Assembly: GCA_964106915.2 (NCBI GenBank)
Contig: OZ066920.1
Source: Podarcis gaigeae
Lineage: Eukaryota
Length of the DNA: 64,000 nucleotides
Strand: one strand, 5' to 3'
The position numbers were made by a program, and so were the translations under genes. Positions 61,661 through 64,000 of the stretch are shown here, in pieces. Below the pieces are notes generated by a model. The model was not told the origin of the DNA and made no database searches. It saw only the letters and a program-made list of their open reading frames with translations. The stretch's first letter is position 1. Every line of letters starts with the position of its first letter.

Positions 61661-64000
61661 TTATTACAATGTTGTCTCAATGTCAGTGAAGGGAGAGGAA
61701 CAGGAGAAATGCTCAAAAAGTTTGCAGAAGCCCTTGGTGCCAAGAAGAAAGGGTAGCACATCAGTGATAGATCTCTGTCCTTATTTTGAATGCCTCATGA
61801 TGCCCTAGGCATGGTCTGGCACTGCTGAAATTGCACTGGCTTGCTATACCATGTGACACACCATCAAAAGTACTCCACATATTTAACCAGTTAATGGTTC
61901 ACTAAGTAGTGTGACTTTCAAGGGCAGAACCAGGAATCCGTGATTTGTTAAGCATCTCTCCACTGACACCTCCCTACATAAAAAGTGACAGGTGACAACT
62001 GGCTTTCTTGCTGGTTAGTTTACAGGTGTATGTTCATTGGTGGGTAGGCAGTGTCCAGATGTTCTCTTACTGACAGATATTTTCCATGGTAAGAATGCAC
62101 TTCATGTTTTTAAATGCCCTTGATACTGGTTGAAAAGCAAGTCCTAATTCCCGAAGCCTTGGGATCTGTAAATTGTTCTGTTTTAGTCACCAATTGTTCT
62201 TGTCATTGCCCTTTCAGAGAAGACCTTTGTATGTCATCATGTTGCAATGTAAGGTAAGGCAAAGCAGTTGCCCTAGATTCTGGTCTCTTGAGTGCTGTGG
62301 CTTAACTTTCATCTGCTAATGTGCTTTCACTCTCACTGTTTCTGCCCTTTTAACTTTTCCCTTCTTCAGTAAATATAGAGGGATGTGCTCGCAGAAAGCC
62401 TCTTAGAATAGCATTTTCTGCAGCAAAATGTATTCTTTTCTTACTTTTTCTTTTTGTGCATCATTATCTTCCCAGTCTCCAGTCTGTTAAGCATGTAGAC
62501 AACATTATTTTCAAAGGTAGAAAAATACAAGTAAAAACAAACAAACAAAGTTGGTAGGGGCATCTTAAAGAATTATCTACTCGCTGCAATGCAAGCTTTG
62601 CAAGCAAGGGTCTGCTTTATCAAGTGGACAATGAAGGTGCTTGTATGTGTGCATATACTGTATAAGGTGAAAACCAGTGCTGTGTTCCACTCAGGGCATG
62701 GCTCTTCATCCGGCAAAGAGGTCTGAAGGGCAGGTGATCTGTGCTGATTCCCCCTGCAGCACCCAGTAGTGGTCAATATGGTGGGGTGCCACTGCTCACC
62801 TGATCTCCAGTCGGTCATATTTCTACTGAAAATGCACCCGAGAGCCAATCCAATGTTCCTGCCAGTGCATTTCCACTGCACCAACCTCCTTGCCATCTCT
62901 TCCCTGCCCCTCTACCTCCCGGTAAGCTGCAGGGCAATGTGACATACTAGAGGTTAGGTGAGCACTGGCATCTTATCACACCATCTCCTACTAGCAGCAT
63001 CCACACAACATTCTACATTGTTTTGTAGGGTCCTCCTACACCCTGGAAGAGATTTTTCTACCACAGGCCAGAAGGAAGAATCAGCACAGGGCACTGCTGA
63101 AATTTGAAAGCCCAAAAGACACCACTCCCAGGCATATGGTCATTCAACCACTAATAAAAAGCTAACTGATGTTCACTTAAGTGTTTTCATGCCTTTCCCT
63201 ACTATCTTAATATCATGGGGTGGGTCCAGGAAGGGGTTGAAGTAAGGACACATCTGCAATGGTTGCCTATACAAGACAAACAGAAGAAGCAAAAAAGATT
63301 GTGTGCTAGGCTTGGAGAAGGCAAACAAAGGATTATCAAAGTCAAGAGGACTACCAGAATTAAAATATAGGGCAGCATATATCACATTTCAATCACAGCT
63401 TTTATAAAAAACCAATTGTGGCAAAACAGTTTAGTCCATTGTTCTGAGTGCTGCACCTTTCATACAAAAAAAAATCAAAATGATTCAAGAACACTGGTAG
63501 TCTAATTTAGGTGGTCACAGCACAGTGAAACATTAAAAGGAATACAGTTCACTGGACTGAATCGGACTGAAAGAGTGGAATTCAACCCTCCATATGCTTG
63601 AGCAGTCTGCATCATGCCAAACTTTCTATTACCATTCCTCTCAAATGCCTGTGTCTCAGAGTTGAAGGGAAACTACAGACCCATTACTGAGCTCCCAACA
63701 GCATGATCATACAATGCAAGAAGCACTTTAATGAGTGGAAAAAAGAGAGTGAAATGTCTTTTTTGCAAAGTTTTTGCTAATGCTGTTTGGGATCATTGAG
63801 GCTTGTGCAGTAAATATTAATCTTGCTAGAAGCCGATACCATTTGTGACCCTAGCAAAGAAGAAACTGTTAAAGAACAAGTGTATAGTCTGCATTAATGA
63901 TTATGAGAATAATGAACTTTTAGGGACAACATTTCATTTGGGCCTGTAACTGGTTCATACTTGTACCCACTTTATTCTCTTTCTTTGACCTTTTGTAAGA

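Overview
This is AT-rich, repeat-rich vertebrate DNA from a squamate reptile, probably a lizard: it has three Sauria SINEs, a BovB/RTE 3' end, and CR1, L2, L1 and MITE relics. I cannot name any protein-coding gene, and the long ORFs in the track are artefacts of N-runs, microsatellites or decayed transposons. Between the repeats lie many non-repetitive blocks rich in homeodomain, POU, Sox and Fox-type motifs. These look like conserved non-coding elements of a developmental-gene regulatory block (inference; no alignment was possible). Eight of the nine N-runs have lengths of the form 8n+4 and sit inside such blocks, so they look like computational masks over highly conserved sequence rather than assembly gaps. 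Several + strand exon-like segments, some with acceptor-then-GT (recursive-splice-like) architecture, suggest a long spliced transcript, coding or lncRNA, crossing the region. Repeat family names come from recognising motifs by eye, and the boundaries of old repeats are approximate.
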